Shown: piece by piece, positions 37,284 through 51,200 of the stretch
How positions within the stretch are numbered: position 1 is the first letter of the stretch
Layout: each line of letters begins with the position of its first letter
Source of the DNA: Podarcis liolepis
Lineage: Eukaryota
Assembly (NCBI GenBank): GCA_965112155.1
Contig: OZ218102.1
Length of the DNA stretch: 64,000 nt
Strand: one strand, 5' to 3'
Notes under the pieces: generated by a model
What the model saw: the letters and a program-made list of their open reading frames with translations, nothing else
What the model was told of the DNA's origin: nothing
Database searches by the model: none
Made by a program: the position numbers and the translations under genes

Positions 37284-40200
37284 TGAGAGAGGCTTTTTTG
37301 ATGGGATTGTGCATCATATATAGTTTTCAAGAGAGGTGAAGCATATATAAATAGGTCTAAGAGTTATTTAAAAAGTACTTAAGACTGGGGGTTTGTGGCT
37401 CCTGGCTTCTCAAAAATGTCATTTTATGGAGATCTTAGTAGTTTTCTGAGACTCCCTTGTCTTACAACCTCTGATCTAGAGGGAATACTACCATGGGCAA
37501 AAGGAGGTGTCTCTCTCCAGCTGTTAGATGCATTTGCCAAAGCTAAGGTTATTCTAGAACATGTTAGACATATATGATGCTGCTCTAAATTCTACTAAGA
37601 TTTCAGTCAGCCAATATTCATCCCAGACTTGGGATGACCTATCTTACCTAAGTATAATGGTGGAGAGCATTACAGCAGGTAAATGTAAAACACATTATTT
37701 TGCAGGTGGCATTGGTTGATTTTTCTATTGACAAAAGGTTACACCAGTATCTACCATTGGGGTTATACTTCCTCCCATCCCCTATTTCCTCATCCACCTG
37801 GTTTTGGCATGCCTCCAGTGTTTTAGAGATGAAAGTTTTGTTCATCTATGACAGCCACATGTTTTTCTTCATCAGCCTATGTAAGTTAACCTGAAGGGTT
37901 GAGCTCTTGGGCAGCCAACCACTGAAGTGTGTTCCTGTATCACTTTCTGCTGTGTCTGAATATATCTAATTTCATGAGACATCCTGGCTTCAACAAATTA
38001 TAAACCACTCTTGGAAGAAACCTTCAGGGCAATAAATTCAGGGCAGTCAGAATGTTGTTTCTGTAATGATAGCATGAAGGCAACCATTAGCTGGCCAAAG
38101 CAGAGAGAGCCAACAGTTTGCAATAGGAAGTGATGGCATCCCATCCTTTATAGCTATGCATTTATGCCTGAAATTCTGGAAGCAGGCCTTCCTTCCACGA
38201 CTGTGTATTTTTGCCAGGAGAAAGGCTTGCTTATCCAGCCCTTGCAGAATGTATCATGAGTAGAACTAAAGGGTAGAGTACTGACCTAAAGCCACTCCCA
38301 CCCCCAGTCAATATAATATAGAATATATGTGCTCCATCATCTCGCACTGTTTGCCAGTGCTGGCAATTCATAACACAACTCGTTCTTTCTCTTGGCAAAT
38401 GTAATGCATCCTTAGTGTCTTTCTCGGGTAATTTTAAAGCAATGCAGTAGTTCATCTACATTCTTTCCTGGTTTTGTTTTCATTTGTCCATTGCAATGCA
38501 GAAAGCAAAAAAAAAAATTGTTTTGTCCTCCCAGTACTTGAATGGCTCAGTTAGTTGTTTGATTACCTGAAGGAGATTCTCAATCACTTTATATGAGTAA
38601 GTGCCGATGGGAAAACATGCAGGTTCTGACTTGGGATCCAGCTAGAAGTACCCAGGTTGCCTTCTGATAAATTTCTGAAGCGTTATCAGTGCTGCTTTTG
38701 CTTACATGGAAGTTTGGGGGATTTTTCTCAAAAGCAAGCTCATTAAAATTTCAGTTGAAATTTTGTCTTAGGTTTAAATTCAGTTGCAACTATAACCCTT
38801 TTTCTTAACGACTTGGCCACATGCAGAGTTGGCCTGGTTCAAATGTAACACTAAGGTGGGGTCACCAATATAGCGCCTGTGGGTGCTGATTTCTCTTTCA
38901 CTCAGATGGGCCCCTTCCCCCACTAAAAGAAGCATTACATTGTCACCTTCAGATGAGGTTATGATGTGAACTTGGTTGTAGTGTATGTGGTGCCCACAGT
39001 GATTTCTCCAGTTTGCAATTACGTCCACAGGCTCAAAAAGGATGGCAAGCCCTACGCAAATCAACCTGTGGCTTAGTGTAAACAAGCAAGCATGCTGTGT
39101 TGCATGGAGCAAAAATCATGGCCGCTCCGCTCCTCCCCTGATTCTACTGCTGCCACATTACAAGGAGCTAAGTCTTGGTTGGCCTAGGATGGCGTGTGAA
39201 CCAGGACTCATGGTTTTTCTCACTCCAAATATCCCAAGCACTGTAGCCAAGGTTTGTTCTTGGTTTACCCTCGTGGTTTCTTTAAAGGAGAAGAAACCAC
39301 ATACTTGGGTTCTCCAGTGGCACTAAACCAAACCATGGCATAGTTCCTTGTAGCAGGTCTAGGGAAATAAATGAACCCATTGCACTCTTTGCTCTGCCAT
39401 CAGTATACTTGCTCGTTCATGCTTAGTATTATATGTAACCAAGACCATTATATTACGGAATAATTTCATTCGCTTTCAAATCATATGGACTTGAGCTGTG
39501 TGCATGTTTTAGTATTTTCATTTTTGTTTTAAAGTATGGCTGTGATCCCCCCTCTCAATTTTATTGTTTTATCTTTTTGTAAACTGCTTTGAGGTTTTGT
39601 ACTATCAAACAGAGTACAAATTTTATTAAATAAATAAATATGCATTCAAACAAACAATGGAGACACAAGCAGCTTTAGAGCCAGTATGGGTGGGCCATTG
39701 ATGAACTGAACAATCTGTGAGACTAAGGCATCCTCCCTCCTTCCTAAGTCTTGTATTTTGTTCAGTTTATTGAGAACTTTAAAACAATTCTACAATCTGC
39801 TTAAATGCCTTTATTCCAAAGCAAAACATGTTAGCGGTACTTGGTGCTTGATTGGGCTCTGACAGATACTGGCACTTTACAGTGTGATGAAAATGGAGAT
39901 AAGATTTGATTAAACAGAGCATCAATAGAAACACTAGGCTTCCATCTCCCTACAATGAATGTTAACAGGGAAGTGTTTTCCAATTTGCATTGCCGTTTAA
40001 GCAGCCGTGCCGTAATCACTGAAACAGTGTAATGACTTAATCTCCCTATGGAGTCACCCTGTTGTGGTTTTCTGAGGGATGCTAGCCATTTTCCCACACG
40101 GTATACACCATGAAATTCAAATAACATGAAGAGAGATGTAATTCATTTCTCTATTGCCTTCTGCTGGGCTTCATTCCCAGAGCCTAGAGCAAAGATATGC

Positions 40201-40835
40201 ACACACAAACACACACACGTACGTATGTCTGATAATACTGCAGTCTCTGCACACCTGTTCTGAATTATCCATGGATGTACCATGGAGAGGGAGAAACTCA
40301 TCATTGTTTTTCAGTGGGATGGTAGGGGTGGAAATATCATAAATTTGTTAGGATAAGTAAAAAGGGGCAGGAAATAAGTTTTCGTAATCAAGTTCGTATT
40401 CACTAATAACATTTCCAAACCATTTGCATACTTCTGAGGTAAATGTTGAAGCATGGTTCATCTGCTACTGGAAAGGATATGCATACCCCTTTCCCATGAC
40501 CACAATACTCCAATAACATTTGGAGGCTACACCATGTGGGCTTTCTGAACACATGGCTGCTCCTCAGGCCAGTGTCAGCAGCCAGGATGCTGGGTGGGGA
40601 ACCAGCGTGGGTATTTATTTATATATATTTTAATTTTTCCACTTTTATTTCGGGGAAGAAAACTGGAAACTGCTAAGAACAAATCAAAAGACATTAATAC
40701 AATAAAACACATACAAGGGGAGGGGGGAGCGTGGCCAGCCTTTGAAAACTTCCTAAAACATTATAAGATCTTTATTCTGTGGCAGGTGTTGGCTTGTTAG
40801 GCATATACATGAGTTTATTGTTGTATTTTGTTCAG

Positions 40836-41016
40836 GAAGAGACACATGGTTTAAATGCAGAACGTCCCAAGTTCAATCTTCTGCTCTGCTTACAAAGATT
40901 CCCTGATAGACAAGCTGGGCTGGTCTCCGACTTGTAGCCATGGAGAGTCCTTGATGGTCACAGAAGACAATACAGGGCTAGACGAATCAAAGGGTCTGAC
41001 TAAGACAGCTTCATGT
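40836..41016 (+). mobile_element. Degraded Squam2-like SINE
   Basis: atgcagaacgtcccaagttcaatc (tRNA-like B box), tggagag, gacaatac...gctaga...ggtctgact...cagcttcatgt. Confidence 0.5.
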
Positions 41017-42076
41017 TTATCTGTTTTTAAGGCTTTAATCCTTTAGTTGCTTACCTGGGAGTGATCCCCCTTTAACTCAGCAAGACATTGTTCTGAGCAG
41101 ACATGTATAGGATTGACCTGTGGGCCAGGTTACTAAGTGTCCACAACTTTGAGGAACATGCAAGAAACAAGTGAAAGTAATTAAAAATGGGCCACAGTCA
41201 GTGGAAAGCACTCCTGTACAAGCGGCATTAAAATGAGCTCTGTGTGGTAGAACCTTTGTGCAGCTCCTGATCATTTTAAAGGGGCTTTCGCATGAGAAGT
41301 TCCCTCTGGATTGTGCCCATAATATTTAAATATTTCCACCTGAATTTTTAATGTAGTTTATTGATCTTTCTCTAAGTGGATGATGAATCATTGTTTCTCA
41401 CATTTCCCCCACTTTTTGTATTTTTATTGATTTTAATAGAAACAAACAACATTACACACACAAAAGAGGAAAAATCAACAAGGAATCATAGGGACAAAGG
41501 ACAGCACAAATCGCATATTGTATTCTGTGGCAAAATAAAATTTAACTCAAGAGTTTAAAATATATTTGTTGTTAAAACAAATTACTTTTGTTCTTTAATT
41601 TTGTTTGACATAGCACTGGGTGTTTTACACAAAAAAAGAATACATTTCTGAACAAAATTTCAAAAAGAATAATAGAAAGGAGTGTATATACACTTTAAAA
41701 AGTAAAGCTCATGTTGCATAAATAGCTGGAATTGATTTAAATCAATTGAAGACTATTTCATCACTTTAAGTGCCTTCTCAGACAAATGTCCATTATTACT
41801 CTGTTCCAGCAATATCGAGTGATGACTCTGAATGAATGGGTCATCACAGATCATTGTTTTACACTTTTAAAACATTTTTATCTTTCCCTTTGCTCAAAGA
41901 CCTCAGGGCAACACACATGATATCCTGCCCCCCTCCCCATTTTACTCTTCCAGACTGAGAGGCCTGTGTTTTTTTGTTTTTGTTTTTAACTAGGATCAAT
42001 TCACAGATGTCGTTATAGACCCGCTCACATTTTGTGTTTCGCTACTGAATTTTCTCCATGCGATCATCCTTCAGTA

Positions 42077-42336
42077 CATTCATACCTCGGGATAAATAGT
42101 CTTCAGGTTGACCACTTTTGTCTTGCGCTCTGCTGCGACCCGGAAGTAATGGAGCGCATTACTTCTGGGTTTCGCCACTCACACATGCACAGACGGTCAA
42201 AATGACATCACACGCTTGTGTGGAAGCAGCGAAACACGACCTGCGCACACGCAGACGTTCTATTGCGTCTTGCATTCCGTTTGGAATGTGAACGGGGCTC
42301 CGGGACGGATCCCGTTCGCATCCCAAGGTATCACTG
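42077..42336. mobile_element. Tigger/pogo-like MITE, CpG-rich subfamily
   Basis: TA|cattcatacctcgggat ... atcccaaggtatcactg|TA. Confidence 0.75.
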
Positions 42337-42469
42337 TATGTGCAAGCCCTCAATCAAGTAAAAACAATGCCACATGAAGCTTCAGTATGACTGGTACAGT
42401 TGGGTGGAATTTTCACAATCAGAGCAGAACATTTGGGGGACACCTTTGATCACAGAAATATCTTTTAAG

Positions 42470-43124
42470 TAGGGATGGGTGAATCTGAATTTTGATTTCA
42501 CTCAATTTCTAATTTAACTAATGTTAAATTCAGCTCTCCACATTTCTGCATCAGTCTGTGATATGTGAATTTCTCCTAACAAGCACATTTTGTATGCCAT
42601 TTTACCGAATATGCACAATTTTGCAAAGCATTCTTACCTAATACAGTCGTACCTTGGAAGTTGAATGGAATCCGTTCCGGAAGTCCGTTTGACTTCCAAA
42701 GTCTTTTGACTTCCAAATTGCAGCTTCTGATTGGCTGCATGAAGCTCCTGCAGCCAATCAGAAGCTGTAGAAGCCCTGTCCGATGTTCGGCTTCCAAAAA
42801 AAGTCAGAAAACCGGAAGAGTCACTTTCGGGTTTCAGTCGTTTGGGAGCCAAAACGTCTGAATTCCAGGGCATTTAACAACCAAGGTTACAGCTGTATAA
42901 TGGATTTCTGTACATTATTTTCACTAACAGCTGCCTTTCTGTGCACATTCCCCTGGTATAAGCATTTTTGTACAGGTTATTTGACTGAATAGCTGCATTG
43001 CAATATTCAGAGAAGTGTCATTTTTTAAGAATGACACTGTTTCAGTTTGTGTATTGTTTCAGAAAGTGTGAATTAATTAGGTTTGCTTAAATGTGAACTG
43101 AATCAAATTTATCCCCATCCCCTA
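42470..43124. mobile_element. Old non-autonomous hAT element (TAGGGATG termini) hosting a younger MITE
   Basis: tagggatggg ... ccccatccccta termini and repeated tgcatttt/cacatttt motifs; interrupted at a TA by 42644-42895. Confidence 0.7.
42644..42895. mobile_element. Tigger/pogo-like MITE with a central palindrome
   Basis: TA|cagtcgtaccttgg ... ccaaggttacagctg|TA, with an internal 19-bp perfect inverted repeat at 42721-42767. Confidence 0.85.
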
Positions 43125-43417
43125 TTTCCAAGTGTGTCTGAGTATATACACTATGTTTCTACATGCCATCACTACCTCATTGAGAGCATCATGTAAAAAA
43201 AAGAAAGTCACCATCTAATACTTCCAGATGTGTTGATTGACTGATTACACATGCATGTTCCTTACTTGACAACTGGAATACAAAATGCTAACTTTTATGT
43301 CAATGAACCGACCATCACAGATCTAATGATAAAGCCAGAACTTTCATATCTGTCTGTGTTGCATATGTTATTCCATGGGGTTGGTTCACATATTCGACTG
43401 CCCAGCTATCAAAACTA

Positions 43418-43586
43418 CTGTATTTTTTGCACCATAACACTCACTTTTTTCCTCCTAGAAAGTAAGGGGAAATGTCTGTGCGTGTTATGGAGGAAATGCC
43501 TACGGGTGGCATGCCTACAGATTTTCCTCTTCTAAAAACTATGTGCGTGTTATGGTTGTGTGCGTGTTATAGAGCGAAAAATACGG
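43418..43586. mobile_element. Tc1/mariner Tc2-like MITE, 169 bp
   Basis: TA|ctgtattttttgcaccataacac ... gtgttatagagcgaaaaatacgg|TA, with internal gtgcgtgttat repeats. Confidence 0.82.
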
Positions 43587-45780
43587 TACATTAATTAAAT
43601 ACAGAGGAATTAACTGATGTGCCTCTACATGAACCAGTCTTTGCTGAGGGGGAGCCAAGAGTGTGAACTATTGAATTGCACTGTATGTGAAGGAATAAGA
43701 ATTTGCGGTAAGTAGAACCTTGCAAGACAAGTACTTCAAACAAAACCTGGGATTTATTATGGATTAACACATACCAGGTTTGTCCCTGGTTGCCTTCCAG
43801 CTTCTGAGGGCACAGAGTTGTACCAGGAGCCTCCTTGCTTGTTGCACTTGTTGCCGCTAAGCATTATTATTATTTTTTATCTGAGATTCCCAGCAAGAAC
43901 AATATAGCAGCATCTTGTTACCACACCCTATGCCTCCATCCATGGGCCAAGTTGGCCATGGTCTCAGCACTCCAGTCCAAAGTGCATTCCACTCTATTTC
44001 CTGCTTTTTGGGCTTCCCATTTCTTTTCTTTCTGGGCTTCCTCCTCCCCACAGTTTGTTTTGTCTCTTCCATTTTGTACCCATTGAGTGGTTTTTGCTTT
44101 TAACCCTTGCTTATCTGCATTTCCTTTATGCTGGGCCCCTCTTAGATGCCTTCTGTTGCATTCTGGACCATCTTCAGATCCCTCCTCTGACTGGCTTCTA
44201 TACCTCATGGTGCACCAGAGTGAAGACAGTTCTTCCTGCAGTATTTAATCTGTGATTATTCATCCTCCTATTCAAACTATTTGTTGTGTGTACATGAGCA
44301 AAGTGAACCAGCCCACTAAAATATTTCCATGCACAAGTGAATTCAGAGAAAAGAAACAGGTTTTAGCATTGCAGAATTTTGAGAGAAAGGTATGTTGATA
44401 AACAAAAATTATCCACTTATTGAGTGGAGAATAGTTTGCTTTTATTTGTGGGCTAAAGAAAGGGATATAATCAAATTGTTTTCTTAGCAGTCATTTTCTA
44501 AGAAGTTCACATTATAATTCATCAAGAGTTGATTCAATATGTGTAATTGAAAGTTGTACGGTAATTTAAAACACTTTCCTTGCTCTTTTGTGAAGAGTCC
44601 AGGCTATATAGATCATTTTAGCATGTAATCTATACATATTTGGTATTTTATGATTTTATCGGTAGATTTATGTCTCGGTAAAATGATGGCTATTATGAGT
44701 CTACAACTGTATTTAATTCCTGACTTTCTAATATGCGTTCACAAATCAATGAACCTAGCTGTCTCTGCACCTGATTCCCAAGCTATTTAGATTCCTGTAC
44801 TTTGCCCTACATGGCTTTAGTTGTACTTAAAAACAGACATTCATGTGCCAGAATGAGACTGGAAAAGTGCATTGCAATTCACACAAGTGCATTGCTAGAT
44901 CGACATAGAAATATACAGAAGAATTGTGGGAAATAAAAACAGCAGCAGTCATGAAGATTTCCAGCACCATATAGATGCTCTTCTTCAGCAATTGCAGGCC
45001 TAGTCCTCCAACCTCCAAATAAGGTGATGAAAGTGGTCATTTAGGGTCGACCCTTTCAGATACATCTTGTTTCTAGTACACATGGGAGTAATGAATAACA
45101 AAGCCCATATCATTTGCCATTTGCCATTTCACAAAACACAATTTCGTTTTTCTTGTGTTGTTTTGGCTAAAATAACACATTCTGGGCACTCGGTACACCA
45201 GGTGGAAAAGAGCCTTCAGCAATGTGTTTCTAGTGCAAATGGTCGTGACTAATACTTGTGGGAGTAGAAGCGCACAAGAATATCTCTATTTTCATCTGTG
45301 AAATGGTGTAGGGTATGCCATACTGCAAACTGTTTTTTTGCAATCTTGGTGAGATGTAATCAAATCAATTTACTGAAGCAGCCAACAGTTCCCACAAGGA
45401 TTGTCCCACATTTACAGCAGGAGCCCCATGAGTTTGCCCCATATCCCATTAGGAGGAAGCATATTAGGGGAACAAGGGGCAGTAGCACCCTTGGACTGGC
45501 ATCTGTTGCATTTTGTGGAATCCTGCCCACCTGCTCTGTAGTAGTATGGGATTAACCAGTCACACTTTATGAGGGCTGAATAGGAATTTGAATGTCCCCT
45601 GACTGGCTCTTTGGGGTACATTTTTCCCCTCCTCCATTCTGATGAGGGGTATTGTCAGTTTGTCTAGTTGGATTTTGTTTGTGGGGTTTTTTTGTATTTT
45701 TTGAATAGTAGACTTCTACAATTACACTCGATACAAGGTGCTGTTAGGACTCCCTTTTGTTTCAGAAGTGGATTGCAATA

Positions 45781-46022
45781 CAGTGGTACCTTGGTTCTCA
45801 AACTTAATCCATTCCAGGAATCCATTTGACTCCCAAAAGCATTCGAAAACCAAGGCGCAGCTTCTGATTGGCTGCAGGAGCTTCCTGCACTCAAGTGGAA
45901 GCCGTGTCGGATGTTCAGCTTCTGAAAAACGTTCACAAATCAGAACACTTACTTCTGGGTTTGCAGCATTCGGGAGTTGATTTGTTCGGCAACTTAGCCA
46001 TTCGGGAACCAAGGTTCCACTG
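45781..46022. mobile_element. Tigger/pogo-like MITE (related to 42644-42895)
   Basis: TA|cagtggtaccttggttc ... gaaccaaggttccactg|TA; shares gcagcttctgattggctgca. Confidence 0.88.
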
Positions 46023-48085
46023 TATAGCAAGTGGTGGAGAGGCAGGAATAGCTACGTGGTTCTTGAGATCCTGGTTGTGGTTCTTTGGATTCCGGACTAG
46101 GATGCATTGGAAGATTGCTGTTGCCGGCAGCGCTGCTCTCTTCATTCTTGCAAGCCACTACTGTTTGTCTGCAAAATCTTACCTTTGGGGAAGGGGAAAG
46201 TAACAGTGGCAGAGGGGGATGTTCCCAGGCATCCAGAGGATCTCCCCTGGAACTGACCACTTTATACATTACATTTGCAGCTGTGCTACACCTAAAAACG
46301 TAAAGTATGATTGCAAAATGTATAGATGCAGATACACTCATTAAGACTATTTACAAGCTCCTGTTGAATGCACACTCAATTTCAAACACAAGCTTGTCTT
46401 TGGGTAATGTGTGAAATGGCCCTGAATATAAATTCAGTCACTAATAGAATAGTACGTGTGCATTCAGCATATTGGGGGTTGGGAATGCAATTAATTTGTG
46501 TTTCCCCCCACCAAATATCCTGCATGTGGTTATATGAATCAAACTGTAAATATACAGTTATGCTGAAATATACTGGTATGGAACTATGTGTCAGAATAAT
46601 GCAGTGAATGAACTTTAAAAATACACCTTCCCTCCAGAGATGAATTATAATGGCTAACCCTTTTTTCCCTTTAATTACAATCAGCTTTTTTTCTAAATCT
46701 ATTACACCCCCACAGGTCAAAATGATTTATTTCTCTATTTTTGGACATGTGAGTTCTATTCTACTGTTGCCAGTGAGTGTTCAGCTGTGCCAAAAACTGA
46801 GCAGGTTTGTGGTTCCTTTGTAACATCAAAACGAAGACATTTATCATAGAGATTTATCATGGGACAGCCAGCCAGATGGTTTGGGTATTTAAAAAATGGG
46901 TTCTTTGGGTCTTGATCAGATCATGCGATATTTTAGTTTACAACAACTCCATCAGCTGCACAGTAAAATTTCCAGGGTTTTTTTGTTTTGTTTTGTTTTT
47001 AAGTAAAAAAAGAAAATATTAATATAACGGCTGCTGTAGCATAGACTGTCATTTTCAGAAAGAAAACCTAGTCATAACCAATTCTACTGATTGTGTTCTC
47101 ATAATAACATGACCTCCTGTTGCTTTGCAAAGAGGCAATGTTAATTTCAGACGTACTGCTGAAAAGTATGCACAATAAATGACCCTCAAAGGGCCCATTG
47201 CAAAATCCTAAATATATTTTCTCCCCTCAGATCAAAGGCTTTTATTCTGCCAGGCCTGCTCAAATTCAGCTGGAAGGAATACTTTCCAAACGCACACAGC
47301 ACACTTTGGATTTCTTTGGAAGAGCTTGCTCAGACTTTCAGTATGTTGAACTCATGCCACAGTGTGCTGATCAGTTAAAGTGCATTGTTAAACAAGAATT
47401 TCCTTTAAGTTCTGCTGCACACAGTTCCAAGGTGTGAAGAATTTAGGAGATATAAATCCCTTTAAAGTAGGACCAGAAACTGGCAGCCATTGGGAAGAAT
47501 CCAGCCAGAGGAAGTTTTCCAGCTTGCCCAAACGGGGTGGTAATGAGAAGTGTGGCGTCCTTGGCACTTCCACAGCCACCACTGCGTTAAGTTATGGAGT
47601 GACAGCAGCCACATAAACATTCTGGGCTAAAACCTGCCAAGCAAGACAAGCAGGGTAGGAGAAAGTAGGGGAAGATCCAAGTGTATGGTGCCTTGGTAAA
47701 ACCACCTATGTACTCTGTTGCTTCTCGCTTAGCAGATAATATTAGCAATCTCTTTTTGTGGTTACAGAGCAGCTCTGTGATCAGATACCGTAAACACCAT
47801 GGTTAGATCCCCATGTTCTTTCTGCAGTCTGTGTGCCCCCAGAAAACCTTAATAAAGATCTGGCAGATTTTTCAGGTAGCCCCTTTCCCACTATTGCTTG
47901 ATCATTATGAAGATGTATGTTGACCTTTTCCCTGTCCCACGTGTTACACCATTATTGTATGCTTTTAATACAGTGACGCAGTAAAATACTTAAATGAATC
48001 TAAAACACATGGAGACTAGTCCTCCACAAAGTACAAGTTGATTCCAGACTGGCCTGCAAAGGGACCTTCATCCTTCAATAATATG

Positions 48086-48207
48086 CAGGACTTTTTTTCT
48101 AGCCGGAACTCACTGGAACTCTGTCCTGGCAATTTTGCCATTATAAGAGAACAAGGGAGGTGTTCATGGTGAGTTCCGACACCTCTTTTTCTAGAAAAAT
48201 AGCACTG
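48086..48207. mobile_element. Short DNA-transposon MITE (hAT-like)
   Basis: TIRs caggactttttttctag / ctagaaaaatagcactg (14/17) and internal ggaactc / gagttcc repeats. Confidence 0.7.
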
Positions 48208-51200
48208 AATGTGGAACAGGAAAGCCTGTGGAGTGGAAATTTGGGGCCTTTCAGCTGACAACTACTTGCAATGCTGCATCTTTTCTTGAGTGAGCAATAG
48301 CAAAATTACTTAGTACTTAGCATGAAGAAGTACTTCAGAATAAATGTTCTAATTGTTTCTTATGGATTATCTCAGAAATTGCAGAAAAAGCAGGATTTTT
48401 TATGATAGCACTGTAGGGTTGATCAGTATTATCATTCCTCTATTGATGAAGATAAAGTTTCCCTGGAGGGTTAGTTTGGGAGCAACTTTCACTTTATACA
48501 AGACTAGCCTGCATGCTTTAAAAATGTATATTAGTATTAGCTTGACTATGTGAAGGATGTAGTACAAGTTAAAACACAGGTTTTAAAAAATGTAGATAAC
48601 ATTCCCAGATATGCCACTACATAGATAGACCTGCATAAATTCACAGATACAGAATGTTCCACAGAGTTAATCACTTGGCAGCTTAATCAGATAATTACAT
48701 GTAAATTTGTTTATGTATTAATGGGGAGGATAAGTACACTACTCCCTTTGTTCCCTAAGGTGCCTTTCTTCTTACATCTCCTTTGCTGCTGGATCGTGCA
48801 AAGTAAAAGGGGAAATGAAGAAATAAGGTGGATGAGATGGGAAACTAATGATTCAAGAAATCACACAGCATCGGATAATTCTATTTTGAAATCACAGCAG
48901 TGACTCCCAGAGGCGTAAGCTTCCCAAATTACTAGTGAAAACCTCCTTTGACGTATCTAGTACTAGCAAAAGCCCAGAGGCAACCTCCCCGCTCCCCAGT
49001 AGTGCCTAATGTTTCCTGAAAAGACAATACTTAGAAAATATTATCTACCTATGCAGTGTTATTTTCCAATTTCTCAAATCTTTATGGAAGGAAACATCCT
49101 TTGTTCATCCTTTGCAAAGAATGATGTTCCTTCAGTACTCAGAGTAGTCCTGGTGTTTGCTAGTCAGAGGGGTGTGCAAATCCAAGAATGTCCTCATTGC
49201 TGCCAGACTTTTGGGACAATCTTCACTGTTTGAATATGAATCTGTGTTTCACACCAGCCAGTCACTGTACAATAAGGGCTGGCCTGCAGCCAGCTTGACC
49301 TGAGATCAACATAATTTTCAGCTGACTTCAGTTCACTAAAAGCCAGCATGTTATGAATTCATATTCTAAAATCACTGTGTCTGAGAATTGTTGCAAGTTT
49401 GCCCCAGGTAAACAGATACACATTTTATTATTTCTGGATCCAAAGGCTATGTAAGTTGGGAAAGTGATTTGTGTAATTTTTTTTTACTAATATTTACCCA
49501 TTTTCATTCTTGGAGATGAGCCTTACTATACATTAGACAGGCTTTCGTCTGTAAGACTTGATGTCTCAGTGCCTGTTAGTGTGTCCTGTGACCAGGGAGA
49601 AATCGGGGGCGGAGGAGGGGATAAATTGACCAGCCCAAGAAGTACAAACCCTAGATAAAACAAACTATCCCCTAACATTCAGACATTGACTCATACTATG
49701 AACTGGCACAGCCACCCCCAGAAGGTTTTAAGGTATCCCGCAAATAGAATAATAGAATAATTCCTCATAATTTAGAAATGGTAGTCTTCTACCAGTTCCA
49801 AAGATTAAAGTTCTTATTCCAAGATTTAAATCAAGATGTATCCCTCGCCCGTCTGATTCCACTGGCAGTTTTACGATGCACATGCTTCAATTCCTTTCCA
49901 CAGATCCAGGTGTGGACTTGAAAGTTACCTTACATTTAGCAACAACAACAATGGTTAAAGCAAGAATCTATTGTGAATCCAATAAAACTTCGATAATTTC
50001 AAACTGATATCTGAAAAGAGTGTTGAAAATTCCTCTTTGCCCTGAGGTTTTTTCCACAATAGTGATTTCAACATATTGTCACTTTTGGAACTTGCAAGAT
50101 AAAAATTGGATTGGCTACAGTAAAGAATATAGAACCAATTAGTGTAACAAAACCTGATGAATTTGAAATAGATGATTTCTAACTGGTTTCTTTAATCTCA
50201 ATGCTCTTATTATTGAGGCAAATTCAAGGAGTGTTTTGCTTATGGATATTTTTTTTTAAAAAAAGCTTAATAATTTGTTTTTAAGGTGTAAAAACTCAGA
50301 ATAGCTTGATAACCCTCACACCTAATAATTAATCACCAACCTAAAGAGGTGACAGAAAGCGAGTTGCTATTGCACATGTTTATGAGAAGACTTAGTGAAC
50401 TAGAAATTGCACACTCAGAGGTGAAGGTAAACCAAGACTCTGAGGGGCGGCACAAAACTCTGAAGAGGTAAGTGGCGGGACAAGCTCAATGGAGTGATAC
50501 ACCATGGAAAAGTAGCCAGTGGCCGAGTTCATTTTGCCACAGTCCCACAGAATAAGATTAAAAAACAGATTAAGGTTATACATTTTACTGGACCAGAACT
50601 TTCCTTAACTCCCCAACATACACTCATCATGAGTTTCCAAAATGTCATCAAATACTTAAGTTGAGTTTCTTCTCTGTGTTTAAACTGGCTTCAAAACAAT
50701 CATTGGATGCGTTAGAAACATTCTCACCTTTTTATAGCCGATGCCAAACCCTTTAGCAACTTGAAGCAGAGTTTGATTTACATTGTGAGTGGAAATGGTT
50801 TGCAAAAATAGTAGAATCTGTTACTCTTTCCAGGGCAAAGTATGAATCTGGTCTAGGAAAGGCAAAGTGTACAACCATATATTTAAATAGGGTGGAGGGG
50901 GAAAATATCATGGCAATTTAAGAAGATAACTCACTTTAAGAATGTGATCAGTTGATGAGTTGTGACAGGCAATGTCACTTCAAGAACGTTCAAATGAGTG
51001 AGCTGCAGAGGTCAGACCCAGCAGCTGATTCCAAGATCCTGTTACTTAGCCTAGTAATGGACTGATGTTAACCAGAAGAAAAAAAAGATCTGCAATTATG
51101 TGGCTAACCTTAGTATTTAAGTGAAGGGGGGAGGCTTTGAAAAACTTGTAATATAAGAAGGTGATCAAAACAGCCAAAAAGCTTTAGGTTTTTCTTTTAT

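Noticed and set aside
36713-37290. Tandem C/D-box snoRNA cluster (ATGATGA in most units)
   Set aside because: Box D (CTGA) is absent from the units and appears only once at the array end; there are no terminal stems.
43595-43713. Exon ending at the strong donor GCG|gtaagt
   Set aside because: No polypyrimidine tract at the nearest upstream AG and no convincing reading frame.
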